Shown here piece by piece: positions 46,684 through 57,331 of a stretch of 64,000 bases of DNA. Position 1 is the first letter of the stretch. Each line of letters begins with the position of its first letter. A program made the position numbers and the translations under genes. Source of the stretch: a virus; IMG/VR virus record IMGVR_UViG_3300045988_010396, positions 32,001 to 96,000 of that record; one strand, 5' to 3'. Below the pieces are notes generated by a model. It made no database searches and had not been told where the DNA came from. It saw nothing but the letters and a program-made list of their open reading frames with translations.

Positions 46684-49600
46684 ATGAGTAAGACAACTTG
46701 TTATAATCCACTCAAAGGAGTAGATGATGTTATAGCAGCTCAAGTACCCTCATGGAATAGTCACTATGTGGCTAACCTTAGAGGCATGTATGAGGAGGCT
46801 AAGGGCAAGTCTACTACAGATGTGAATGAGTTACTGGCATTTAGAAGAAGCTTAAATGATAAAGATGCCAAGGCTCTTACAGAAGCCATCACAAACCCAA
46901 TAGCAGCATATGACCAGTTAAAAGAAGCTTTCTCTACTCAAGAGAGAGTTGATAGAGTTAATATGATAGCTAATACATTCTCAGATGTTGTTGATGCTAT
47001 ACAAGAAAGCAATCCTAGTCTTAGCAGAGAGGACATTATTATGGGCTATACAGACCAGAATGGTAAGTTCCAAGGTGGTCCAGCATTCATATATAGTGAG
47101 GTGTATAAAACCCTCAAAGCCGAGATGGATGAATATGCCGAGAATGGCTATGAGGAAGAGGTAGAGAAGTATAGACGGGTATTTAAGAACTGGGGAGCTT
47201 TAGTGACTTATACTAATACTACTCTTAGAGATACAGAGGGTCTTAAGATAGGCACTAAGCTAACCTTTGCTGATTCTTCTACCATTGCTGACTATGATGA
47301 GAATACTGCTGTAGAGTCATTTGTAGCTGAGGAAGCTCCTAGAGAATCATGGCAGGAAGTGTCAGAGTCTGTAAGTCCTTTTGGGAGTACTTCTATACTA
47401 GTAAGAAGGCTGCTAGGGAGACTATCTGGGTATACTTCTAAGAATGAAGAAGATTATGATGACCTTGGTCATCTTAGGAGATTACCTGCCGTACAAGTGC
47501 ACCAAGCACTTATGGAAACCCTTAGAGGTATGCAGAGCGAAAGTGATATGGTGGCTATTCTGAAACAGAATATGAATAGTAAGCCCTACATTAGTTCTAT
47601 ACTTGAGGAGTTTGCTAAAGACCCTATACTCAGAACTCAGTTCTTTGTAGATTTTAGTAAGGTCTTTCAGTTATACTCAATGCAGAATGAGACAAGAAAG
47701 GGAGGTATTACCACATATAAGAATAGTGTACTCAATATTCTCTCAAGAAAGAGTGCCTATAGGAGGTATTCAGTGGCACTGGCGACTAGGACTCTCAAGG
47801 CTGATAATGCAGTCTTTAGATATGAAGATGAGGGTACTTTGGTAAATGAAGCTAGAGCAAAGCAGCTAGCTGACTTTATAGAGAAGTATTTAGGTACTGA
47901 CCAAGACATCTTCAGTAAGTTCAATGAGCAGGGCTTCTCTAATCAGGATAGGATAGACTTCTATAAAGCTGTACTACCTGTACTTGGTATTAACCTTACT
48001 GAATCTGGCTATGATGTTCTTGTAAAGGACAATAAGAGAGTTATGTCTCTTAATAGAACTCTTAAAGACCTTCCAGCTATTCTTAGAAAAGCTAAAGATG
48101 GTATGAAGTTCCAAGACCTAATTGACTTAAGAATTGGCCAAGGAGCTAGTGAGGGGTATCTAAAGGAGAAGATAGGTAAGATATTTCAAGTTACAGAGAG
48201 CTTAGATAACAGTAAGAAGGTATTAAGCAGAGTAAGGTTCCAAGACAACACTTATTACAGTGATATACAATCATCTTATCTTGGTAGATTCAGAGATACT
48301 ATAGATGCTCTAGCTAGGAAAGGCAACAAAGCAAAGCTACAGTCTTATCTAGAGGAGCATTTCTTGAGAAATGATTTCTTTAGAAACTCTGATGGCAAGA
48401 TATATAATAAGTGGCTTCAAGACCTTTACTACAGCAACCTTCAAGACCAGAAGAGCTTTGCTAATATGTTCACTTACAAGAAGTTCTTAGGTGATGATAA
48501 TCAGAAATTTGAGGATTTCACAGGCAAGAAGCAGGCTATAACCTTGATAAATGAGTACTTTGCAGAGTCTAAGGATTATGCTTGGTACCCAGTATTTATA
48601 TTAGGAGATAGTGGTGCTTCAAAGTGGATTAGGGCTAAGAGATACTCATCTGACCAGATAATAACAGGTCTCTATAATGTATATCTTCAAGAGAAGATAT
48701 TTCAGAGGGAGATTAAAGAACTCAAGGAGGGACTTAAAAGAGAAGGCAAATCTCTTGGAAGTCTTGCTAAGATTGATGAGACTAAGTTTGGTTTACTGCC
48801 ATTCCTAAATGAGAAGAAGTACAGTGACATGATAGACATGACAAATATTGAACAGTCTGTCAAAGCTGCTATTAAAGCTCATCTAAGAGATGCCTTCAAT
48901 GAGTATATGATTAAGTTGGATAGGGCAGGTGTTCTAGGTAAGACCCAGAAAGGTGACTATAAGTACTTGAGTATGCTAACTAAGTACATAACCAAGGATA
49001 AGCAGAAGTTGACTGGTGATGATGCAGTCAGAGCTAACCTTATGGATTACTTCTACAATAGTAAGTTTGCTACTGTAATGCAGATGCAACTTATGACTGT
49101 AAATCCTATATTCTATAAAAATGGAGATAGCACAGATGTTCAGAAAAGATATAAAGAAATTCATGCCTCAGGCAATAGAGTAAGTGTAGAGGCTGTAAAT
49201 CCTTTCACAGGTGAAAGATTCAGTGATAGAGACTATCAGACTACTGTATATTTTGATGATGTTGAAGTGAACCCAGAAGATACTAATCCTGAGTTTATGG
49301 AGGTCATAGCCAAAGTATATGGTAAAGATAGTGAAGTCTATAAGACCTATAGGGATAAGACATCTTTCACTGATGGCCAAGGTTATAGAACTCTTAAATC
49401 TTATAGAGCTGTGATGGGTATGGCTGGAAAGTGGAATAAGAAATGTGAAGATGCTTACAATGAGATTGAAAGTATTAGAGCAGATATTAGGTCACAAGGT
49501 GGAGAGATAACTGATGAGCAAGCCCAAAGAATAACTAGCTTAATGGTTACATTCCAACCTATCAAGCCATTCACCTATACACTTGAAAGATGGAAACTTG

Positions 49601-52600
49601 GCAATAGTGTATTCCAGATACCTGTGCAAATGAAGTATGCTGAAACAGTTATGATACCTGAACTGATGCAGAAGGGCAGTAAGTTAAGAGATATGCTTGA
49701 GTGGGCTGAACAGAAGAATGTAGATGTGGTTGCGGCTACTACTGCTGTAAAAGTAGGTTCATTTGGTGCTGTAAATGTGAAGGATGCTACTAATAAGGAT
49801 GAACTGAATGCTTCTTTAGATAATGCTATCATTCACAATCTGAGCTATGATGACTATGTTATTCAGAATAACATTCCTGAGCATATCCAAGGCTCACAGC
49901 TGTTCGCTACTCAAAGCAGAAAGCTGATATTTGCTGGTTTACAGCAGGTTGATGCTAATGGAAACACTATGTACTATGACCATTATACTGATGGTAACAG
50001 AGTTAATCTTGGTAATGGTATGGTCAGGCTCAATGCTTATAACCTCAACAGGTTCTATATAAGTCTTATAGCAGCTAACATGCTTGAGGACTTTGAAGAG
50101 TTTTCTTCTACTATAAAGGACCCCGAGAAAGTTAGACAAGCCCTAGTTCAGATGACTGTTAATAACAGCAGGGAGACTAGGGATAACCTTAGAGGCTATG
50201 GCAAAGGCATGGAGCATGACTTCCTTCTAGCATTATTTGAAGGGGGTATTGAACATGATACAGCAGCATTGTTGCTGAGTATGTTCAAGAAGCAAGTCAA
50301 CAAGCAAAAGATAAATGGAGGAAGTGCAGTTCAGGTATCAGCATTTGGTATAACTGGCTATACTGAGGACGATAATCTTAGGTTTGTCAAAGACCCTAAT
50401 AATGATGCTAATATCCTATATGCTGAGTGTGAGATACCTTGGGACTTAAGCTATACTGATAGCAATGGCAATAAGGTTGAGTTACAATTCAGTGATTGGT
50501 GTAATGCTGATGGTACATTAAAGATGGGTAAGAATGGAGTTTCTCTACTAGAGACTAAATTCCCAGGAATCACCTCTTTTATAGCATATAGAATACCTAC
50601 AGAGGATAAGTACTCCATGTTGAACTTAAGAGTAAAGAGATTTACTCAGAAGGTCAATGGTGGTGGTACTATTAAAGTTCCTGCTCAAGGTACTACTATT
50701 GCTGGATTTGACTTTGATATTGACAAGCTCTACTTTATGAGAAGGGAATATAAGGTCAAGAAGAGTGATAAAGCTGGAGAGTTAGGAAGTCAAATAATCA
50801 AAGCACTGTTTGGTGAGTCTGAGCATACAGATATAGCTGACGTGTTTGATGTACATGACTTTGAGGAATTTGATTATTCTAAGCCTGCATGGGATAAAAG
50901 TCAGAGCAGAGTGGCTAGGAACAATATGCTAATCACTCTTATGCAGAAGAGACTTGAAGACCCTCAGACTATAAAGGATAGAACCACTCCTGGTGGATTT
51001 ACTCATGCAAGTGCTGCTGCTAAGTATATCAGAACTCTTATGGGTATAGATAATCTGAATTATGATTATTCTGACCCTTGGACTATGGTAGTATATAATC
51101 AGCAGAACCAAGTAGCAGGTAAGCTAATTGGTATATTTGCTAATCAGAATACCAATAATGCTATTGCTTCATTGATGAAGGAGTTCAGCTTGGTGCAACC
51201 TATAGCATTTGGTAATCATCCTAATGGACTAAGTAATCTTCTTAATCCTAACACCCTGACTAAGGAGTTATTGGCAGCATCTGTGGATGCTGTTAAAGAC
51301 CCTGTGCTTAACTTCCTGAACTTAAATACTATCACAGCAGACAGTGCAGGTATGTTATGTAGATTGGGATACAGCTTTGAGGAGATTGGTCTGTTAATGA
51401 ACCAACCTATAATAAGAGAACTCTGTGAGTACTGTATGGACAACAATATGTCTGATATAGATACTGCAATAGATAATCTGTTACAGGATTATGGTGCAAG
51501 AGGTAATTATGCTGATATGTCATTCTCAGAACTGACCGTAGATGTACTGGCTAAGAATATAACTGACTTCAGGGACAACCCAGACATTATGCACAATAGT
51601 AACTATGTGTTCAATCAAGCCCAGGTGTTAGAACTATTCAGAAGTATCTATGCCACAGCTAAAGAGGTAGGAGCTTTTGTTACTAATACTAAGTTTACTG
51701 CATCGAATGCTGTTAAGTCTACTTTCGGTGGTATGTATGCTCAGCAAGACAGAGTGATTAGATATGTGAATAACCTTAAGTCCTCAAAGAATCCTAGATT
51801 GAGTATTGTAGTGAGTGACTATGTTGATAGTCCAATTACATTAGGTCTTGATATGAGTAATATTGAGGAATATATGGCACAGATACTCAACAATCCTTTT
51901 GGATATGAGCAAGTGATGTATGATGCTAATGTTCAAGCTGTAAAGGAACTTGGCAAGTACTATCCTTATGGCAAGCCAACGTATACTAAAATTAGGAACT
52001 TCATGACTGATTTGACTAAATCAGGGCTTGATGAGACTACTATAGACCAGATACATGAGTATATGCTAAGGTATATGATTGGTCTGGATGAACAAAGTAA
52101 GTTCAATCCTGAATATCCTATTAACCTTGATAATGGAGAGACAGTAAGGGCAGAAGACTATTATACTAAATATGTCCCTTTGAAGGTAAGTAACCTTTTA
52201 AGGACAAATAAAGAGTTAAAGAGTCTACCTATCTTTAGTCTACTCACATTTGAGGAAGGCAATGATGGTAATGTGCAAATGAAGATAGCTGATAGTGGTG
52301 CTTTAACACCTACCCAGAAAGATGAAGTAAGGGATAGCTGGGAGGTACTATTAACTAATCCTGAGTTATCTCAGGTAGCTAAAGACCTTTATATGTACTC
52401 TTACTACCAGTCAGGATTTGGGTTTGGAGTTATAGGGTTCAATCACTTAGCTCCGTTAGAGTTGAAGCTGCAATTAGACCTCAATGGCGAGACTAGTTAT
52501 ACTAGTTTCTTGGATAATGTGTTGGATGACAACATACCTGTTGACGAGGTTAGGTTTGCTCAAATGTTCTTAAGCACTCATAGGGATAACAACAGGCTAG

Positions 52601-53163
52601 TATATGAGCCTAAATCCAAGCAATATACTTACATTAAGAATTATGTGTATCAGAATGGTATGCCAGTAGATAGTTTCATATTAGATGTAACTACTGACAA
52701 GAATAAGGTTAAGCCTTTCATACTAAGGTCTACCAAAGAGGAGGTACACTATAGACCTGCTATATTGGTTGATGGACTCTTGTATGTTGCCAATGGTAGT
52801 ACATTTAATAGAAGCACTTCTGGAGCTATGGAGTATAGGCTTGTTAAAGGCAAGAACAATAAAAAGGTAAGTTTATCTGATATAGGAGTTCAAGATGACA
52901 AGTCAAGTACTGTTATAGATGGTGAACCTATTGTTGATATTGACACTATGTCTGTTGATAATCTAGTGGATGAATTAGTTAAGAGTCAAGTTAAGACTGG
53001 TACTTTGATGGCTGAGGAAGCAGAAGAAGCTTCTAGAGGTATAAGAAGCAACATCTTACAGACTACTAAGGAAGATGCAAGAGAACAATTGATTGGGGCT
53101 TTACTCGAGGAGTATAGAAAACTTGGTGTATCATGTAAGTTAAATGGTGAAAAGATTTGTTAA
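46684..53163 (+). CDS. giant virion protein (2159 aa); candidate crAss-like virion-packaged RNA polymerase
   Basis: uninterrupted 6.5-kb ORF; TIAGFDFDID segment (nt about 50701-50730) resembles the RNAP metal-binding DxDGD motif; size class matches crAss-like vRNAP. Confidence 0.45.
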   Translation: MSKTTCYNPLKGVDDVIAAQVPSWNSHYVANLRGMYEEAKGKSTTDVNELLAFRRSLNDKDAKALTEAITNPIAAYDQLKEAFSTQERVDRVNMIANTFSDVVDAIQESNPSLSREDIIMGYTDQNGKFQGGPAFIYSEVYKTLKAEMDEYAENGYEEEVEKYRRVFKNWGALVTYTNTTLRDTEGLKIGTKLTFADSSTIADYDENTAVESFVAEEAPRESWQEVSESVSPFGSTSILVRRLLGRLSGYTSKNEEDYDDLGHLRRLPAVQVHQALMETLRGMQSESDMVAILKQNMNSKPYISSILEEFAKDPILRTQFFVDFSKVFQLYSMQNETRKGGITTYKNSVLNILSRKSAYRRYSVALATRTLKADNAVFRYEDEGTLVNEARAKQLADFIEKYLGTDQDIFSKFNEQGFSNQDRIDFYKAVLPVLGINLTESGYDVLVKDNKRVMSLNRTLKDLPAILRKAKDGMKFQDLIDLRIGQGASEGYLKEKIGKIFQVTESLDNSKKVLSRVRFQDNTYYSDIQSSYLGRFRDTIDALARKGNKAKLQSYLEEHFLRNDFFRNSDGKIYNKWLQDLYYSNLQDQKSFANMFTYKKFLGDDNQKFEDFTGKKQAITLINEYFAESKDYAWYPVFILGDSGASKWIRAKRYSSDQIITGLYNVYLQEKIFQREIKELKEGLKREGKSLGSLAKIDETKFGLLPFLNEKKYSDMIDMTNIEQSVKAAIKAHLRDAFNEYMIKLDRAGVLGKTQKGDYKYLSMLTKYITKDKQKLTGDDAVRANLMDYFYNSKFATVMQMQLMTVNPIFYKNGDSTDVQKRYKEIHASGNRVSVEAVNPFTGERFSDRDYQTTVYFDDVEVNPEDTNPEFMEVIAKVYGKDSEVYKTYRDKTSFTDGQGYRTLKSYRAVMGMAGKWNKKCEDAYNEIESIRADIRSQGGEITDEQAQRITSLMVTFQPIKPFTYTLERWKLGNSVFQIPVQMKYAETVMIPELMQKGSKLRDMLEWAEQKNVDVVAATTAVKVGSFGAVNVKDATNKDELNASLDNAIIHNLSYDDYVIQNNIPEHIQGSQLFATQSRKLIFAGLQQVDANGNTMYYDHYTDGNRVNLGNGMVRLNAYNLNRFYISLIAANMLEDFEEFSSTIKDPEKVRQALVQMTVNNSRETRDNLRGYGKGMEHDFLLALFEGGIEHDTAALLLSMFKKQVNKQKINGGSAVQVSAFGITGYTEDDNLRFVKDPNNDANILYAECEIPWDLSYTDSNGNKVELQFSDWCNADGTLKMGKNGVSLLETKFPGITSFIAYRIPTEDKYSMLNLRVKRFTQKVNGGGTIKVPAQGTTIAGFDFDIDKLYFMRREYKVKKSDKAGELGSQIIKALFGESEHTDIADVFDVHDFEEFDYSKPAWDKSQSRVARNNMLITLMQKRLEDPQTIKDRTTPGGFTHASAAAKYIRTLMGIDNLNYDYSDPWTMVVYNQQNQVAGKLIGIFANQNTNNAIASLMKEFSLVQPIAFGNHPNGLSNLLNPNTLTKELLAASVDAVKDPVLNFLNLNTITADSAGMLCRLGYSFEEIGLLMNQPIIRELCEYCMDNNMSDIDTAIDNLLQDYGARGNYADMSFSELTVDVLAKNITDFRDNPDIMHNSNYVFNQAQVLELFRSIYATAKEVGAFVTNTKFTASNAVKSTFGGMYAQQDRVIRYVNNLKSSKNPRLSIVVSDYVDSPITLGLDMSNIEEYMAQILNNPFGYEQVMYDANVQAVKELGKYYPYGKPTYTKIRNFMTDLTKSGLDETTIDQIHEYMLRYMIGLDEQSKFNPEYPINLDNGETVRAEDYYTKYVPLKVSNLLRTNKELKSLPIFSLLTFEEGNDGNVQMKIADSGALTPTQKDEVRDSWEVLLTNPELSQVAKDLYMYSYYQSGFGFGVIGFNHLAPLELKLQLDLNGETSYTSFLDNVLDDNIPVDEVRFAQMFLSTHRDNNRLVYEPKSKQYTYIKNYVYQNGMPVDSFILDVTTDKNKVKPFILRSTKEEVHYRPAILVDGLLYVANGSTFNRSTSGAMEYRLVKGKNNKKVSLSDIGVQDDKSSTVIDGEPIVDIDTMSVDNLVDELVKSQVKTGTLMAEEAEEASRGIRSNILQTTKEDAREQLIGALLEEYRKLGVSCKLNGEKIC

Positions 53164-56100
53164 GTATGGGAGAAAGTTGTGTATTTAAGCCAGCTGTCAG
53201 AAACAAAGAAGGTAAGGAAGTGAATAGTAGGTTGTTTGACGACCTACTTCACTTCTCTTCAAATGACAGAGAGTTTGCTAAAAAATATTATTTTATAGGT
53301 ACTAGTGATGAGTTCCTAAGAGCCAATGCTAGGCATGTAGAGTATGATGAGAATGGAGAGATTACATTCAAGTCACTTAAGAACCTAGTATCACTGGATA
53401 TACCTTCTGAGAAGATTATCAATCAGTTAAACAAAGACATAGGCTCTGGAGAGCATGAGTATGGAGAGGCAGTATCACTAATGACCAGCTTCAACAATAA
53501 TAGCCCATATAACGATGAGTATATGGCTACTATAAGTACAGTTGAAGGCGGTAAAGCAAATTTACAGGTTACTAGAAAGACTACAGCTAATCAGACAGCT
53601 CTTGAAGAGACATTGACTAATAAGGGTTTGTTTGATAGAATAAAGCAAGCTGTTGAAAGATTAGGAGGAAGCATATCCTTTATAGATGAGGACTACAGTA
53701 AGTATGATACTGTTAATGCCAGAAAAGCAGAGTCTGGCCTATACAATGTAATATTCCTCTCAAAGAAAGGCAATCTTACTGCTGATATGGCAGAGGAGGC
53801 AGGTCACTTTGCTGTGGGGGCACTTGGCAATAATCCCTTAGTAAAGAGATTGGAATCATTATGCACACCAGAAGTACAAGAAAGTATATTAAAAGACCAC
53901 TATAGAGATGTACAAGGAAGAAAGAATCCTAGAAGAGAAACTGCTGGATATTTAGTTGGTCAATATATAATGAATGAAGTAGACCAAGAGTCTACACTTG
54001 GCAGACTTGCAGGTAGGATAGTAAACTTAGCAAAAAGAATGTTCTACAGACTTACTCTTGATGATGTAAGTAGAATGAGAGAAGAAGCTAAGGCTATAGC
54101 TAAGAATATAGCCAGAGGATTTATGTCTGGGGATAATGCTGGCAGTATTGAGAATGCTTTAGAGAATAAGGAAATCCTGTACTCATCTGTAGACTCTGTA
54201 CAAGTTAGTGCCTTCAAGGATGTTATTCAGCAGCTAGACTTACTAGCTTCTGAAATGTCAGCAGTAGATAAGACATTATATAGGAAGTGGAAGGATATTG
54301 AGGCTAACACTGCTATAGGCAGATTGTTTGAGAACCCGTCATTCTTTGCTGATATGGCTGCTATAGATGGTTTGTCTGTAGCATTAACACAATTGGCAGA
54401 TAGTGTTCCTGAAATGATTGATATGCTAGACTCTGTTAATTACAATTCTGATGAAGTTCCTGCTAATGCCAAGAAGCTAAGACAAGTAAAGCTATTTGTT
54501 CAAGAGTCTATTGCTATCATGGGCATCATAGATAATATGCTTGCCAGTGGTGAGGTACAACTGAAAGAAAATGTAAGAGATGCTTTGAATAGGGCATATA
54601 AGAACTTAAGCTCTCTTATTAAAGGAGCAGACAGACTAGAGGTAAATCTACTAAAGAAAGAAAAAAAGTTATATCTGTCTTTCTTAAAGGATATATATGG
54701 GGGTGAGTATGTTGAAAGAGCAGCCAGGGTTGTCTTTAACTTTAATAAGAGAGGGCTTGAAAGGGTGGCTGAAAGCAGGGAGTATCTATCAAAAGCTATT
54801 GAATCTCTTGATAGAGATGACAACTTTATGAATAGATATATAGCATCTATGGCTAATAGCAGTGATATAATCAATCAGTTAGCCTATAAAGCTAAAGCTT
54901 CTGCCAACAAGTTTGCTGATGATAATACCATTAAAGCATGGAATGATATAAGGGCTTTGGAACAGAGAGTCAAGAAGGCTAAGGTTGATACGAGGAAGTT
55001 GTTGGAAGTATCTGCTCGGGATGGTAAGTTAACTGGTAACTACATATCCAAGTATAATTGGGGTGATTGGGAGAATGACTGGTATGAGTTTAAGAACAAA
55101 TGCAAGGAAAATTTCCTTAGTGACCCATCTATTGAGGGTAAGACTCAGATAGAAAGGGAATACTTATGGGATGTCTACTTTAGACCTTTAGCTAAAGACT
55201 GGCATAAGTCTCACTCTACATATGACCAAACTACTCAAAGACCTATGCCTAATGATGGCTATAGAAACCATAACTATGATAGATTAACAGATACTGAGAA
55301 GGCAGCTCTAGATGATATATTGGAGTTGAAGGGGAGCCTTGATGACCTTCTAATCTATCAGTCTTATAATGGTGAAATGGTTGAGGCAGCTCATACTCAT
55401 CTATATAGAATGCCTCAGTTCAGGGGAAGTACCCAGAATAGAATTGAAAACTTAAAGATGACTAACCCTCTTGGTAGAGCTGTAAGTGGTGCTATAAGAC
55501 AGAATCTAATCAATACTTTCACTATTACTAGTGAGGATAGGGATTATGGTAGTGCGATGACACATAATACTATAGATGAGGATGTATTCTCAGATAGGCT
55601 TGATTTTGAGAAGGAGAAAGTAAAGAGAGTCCCTCTATATGGTATAAATAAGCTGAAAGATATGTCAGAGTTAAGTACTGATATATTTAATGGTTTATTA
55701 CAATATGCAGCTATGGCTAATACTTATGTAGCTACATCTAGTGTTGTAGATATACTGGAGACAGGTGTGGATGTACTAGCTAATAGAAGAGTAAAAGGTC
55801 TAAAGAGGGAAGTAGAGAGGAAAAATAAGTCAAACGTATTTGAAAGATATTGTGATTTCCTTGATGCTCAGGTATATAACTTATATGCAAACAGTAAGTT
55901 AAAGTTTGGTCAGATAGCTCTTACTAAGGTGATAGGCTTCTTAGGAAGCTTGGCATCTAAGGTGTTCTTGGGTGGTAACGTGGCTGGTGGTATGGTCAAT
56001 GTTATGACTGGCTTTAATGAAATCACTAAGGAAGCTATAGCAGGAGAAGTATATACACTGGCTGACCTTACTAAAGCTAATGCTTTATACTTTAAGCATC

Positions 56101-57275
56101 TACCAGAGAACTGGTTGGAGGCAGGTATGGGTGTGAAGAATAATAAAGTATCACTCTTTATGAAGAAGTTCAATGTTCAGAACAACCTAGATACTGAAGT
56201 TAGAAACTGGAGTACAAGAGAGAGCAGGCTAACTAGACTTAACCCATTTGGTAATAATCTAATGTTGCCCTATAAGAGTGGGGACCACTATATGCAGGCT
56301 ATGTCCTACTTGGCAGCAGCTAACCACTATAAGTTCTTGGATACTAATGGTGAGACTATATCATTATGGGATGCTCTAGAAGTGAAGAACATAGATGATA
56401 GTAATCCCAAAGCTGGTAAGACGTTAGAGCTTAAAGAAGGAGTACTATACATAGACCCTAAAACTAATCAAACTAGAGAATGGAATCTTGATGATGAAGT
56501 TAAATTCCAGAACCTATGTAGAGAAACCAACAATAGAATGCATGGTATCTACAATAGAATGGATAAGACAGCCTTCCATAATACTTGGTATGGTCAAGCT
56601 GCTTTAGCCATGAGAGGCTATGCACTTGGTCTATTGTATAGAAGATTCTCTTCTAATCAATATAGTGTGTCTTTAGGTAGAGAGTCCGAGGGAAGCTTAG
56701 TTACAGCATCAAAGGTATTTATTAACATGTTTGGAGGTACTAAGAACTTTATTCCATCCCTTAGGGCATTGGTATGCCCATTTGGTGATAGTGTAAAGAA
56801 CTCATTACTTGAGATGGGCTTCTCAGTGGAGCAGTATAGGAATATGAGAAGAAACTGGGCTGACTTTGCTTTTATAGGTATGTTATGGATACTCAAGGCA
56901 CTTACAGCTAAATCTGGGGATGATGACGACGATGATGACGATGATACAACATCTGGACTCATATACTACTTTGCAAGTAGGTTATACAAGGAGCAAAATG
57001 CCTACAATACTCCTTGGGGTATATGGGATGAGCAAAAGAGTGTGTTAGATTGGATGCCCAGTGGTGTATCAGTGGTAGGTCAAATACTTGATATAAGTAG
57101 GCTTATGATTACTCAAGAGGAGTATAAGACTGGTTCAGCTACCCATGAGAAAGGAGATAAGAAATGGGAATATAAGATTGGCTCATATATACCTTACTAC
57201 AGAAGTACAAGGGTATTAGAGCATCCTTATGAATCAGCTAAGTCATATGAATATGGTAGAGCTACTTATAAGTAA
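53157..57275 (+). CDS. large virion/ejection protein (1372 aa) with D9 tract
   Basis: overlaps the previous stop (ATG..TAA coupling); (GAY)9 encoding DDDDDDDDD at 56919-56945. Confidence 0.4.
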   Translation: MLSMGESCVFKPAVRNKEGKEVNSRLFDDLLHFSSNDREFAKKYYFIGTSDEFLRANARHVEYDENGEITFKSLKNLVSLDIPSEKIINQLNKDIGSGEHEYGEAVSLMTSFNNNSPYNDEYMATISTVEGGKANLQVTRKTTANQTALEETLTNKGLFDRIKQAVERLGGSISFIDEDYSKYDTVNARKAESGLYNVIFLSKKGNLTADMAEEAGHFAVGALGNNPLVKRLESLCTPEVQESILKDHYRDVQGRKNPRRETAGYLVGQYIMNEVDQESTLGRLAGRIVNLAKRMFYRLTLDDVSRMREEAKAIAKNIARGFMSGDNAGSIENALENKEILYSSVDSVQVSAFKDVIQQLDLLASEMSAVDKTLYRKWKDIEANTAIGRLFENPSFFADMAAIDGLSVALTQLADSVPEMIDMLDSVNYNSDEVPANAKKLRQVKLFVQESIAIMGIIDNMLASGEVQLKENVRDALNRAYKNLSSLIKGADRLEVNLLKKEKKLYLSFLKDIYGGEYVERAARVVFNFNKRGLERVAESREYLSKAIESLDRDDNFMNRYIASMANSSDIINQLAYKAKASANKFADDNTIKAWNDIRALEQRVKKAKVDTRKLLEVSARDGKLTGNYISKYNWGDWENDWYEFKNKCKENFLSDPSIEGKTQIEREYLWDVYFRPLAKDWHKSHSTYDQTTQRPMPNDGYRNHNYDRLTDTEKAALDDILELKGSLDDLLIYQSYNGEMVEAAHTHLYRMPQFRGSTQNRIENLKMTNPLGRAVSGAIRQNLINTFTITSEDRDYGSAMTHNTIDEDVFSDRLDFEKEKVKRVPLYGINKLKDMSELSTDIFNGLLQYAAMANTYVATSSVVDILETGVDVLANRRVKGLKREVERKNKSNVFERYCDFLDAQVYNLYANSKLKFGQIALTKVIGFLGSLASKVFLGGNVAGGMVNVMTGFNEITKEAIAGEVYTLADLTKANALYFKHLPENWLEAGMGVKNNKVSLFMKKFNVQNNLDTEVRNWSTRESRLTRLNPFGNNLMLPYKSGDHYMQAMSYLAAANHYKFLDTNGETISLWDALEVKNIDDSNPKAGKTLELKEGVLYIDPKTNQTREWNLDDEVKFQNLCRETNNRMHGIYNRMDKTAFHNTWYGQAALAMRGYALGLLYRRFSSNQYSVSLGRESEGSLVTASKVFINMFGGTKNFIPSLRALVCPFGDSVKNSLLEMGFSVEQYRNMRRNWADFAFIGMLWILKALTAKSGDDDDDDDDDTTSGLIYYFASRLYKEQNAYNTPWGIWDEQKSVLDWMPSGVSVVGQILDISRLMITQEEYKTGSATHEKGDKKWEYKIGSYIPYYRSTRVLEHPYESAKSYEYGRATYK

Positions 57276-57293
57276 TTCCTATAAAAACAATAA

Positions 57294-57331
57294 AGGCAAG
57301 AGAGGTTATCCTCCCTTGCCTTTTTTTTTTA
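57294..57331. terminator. bidirectional Rho-independent terminator between convergent giant genes
   Basis: GGCAAGAGAGG-TTAT-CCTCCCTTGCC hairpin followed by T10 (A10 on the other strand). Confidence 0.8.
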
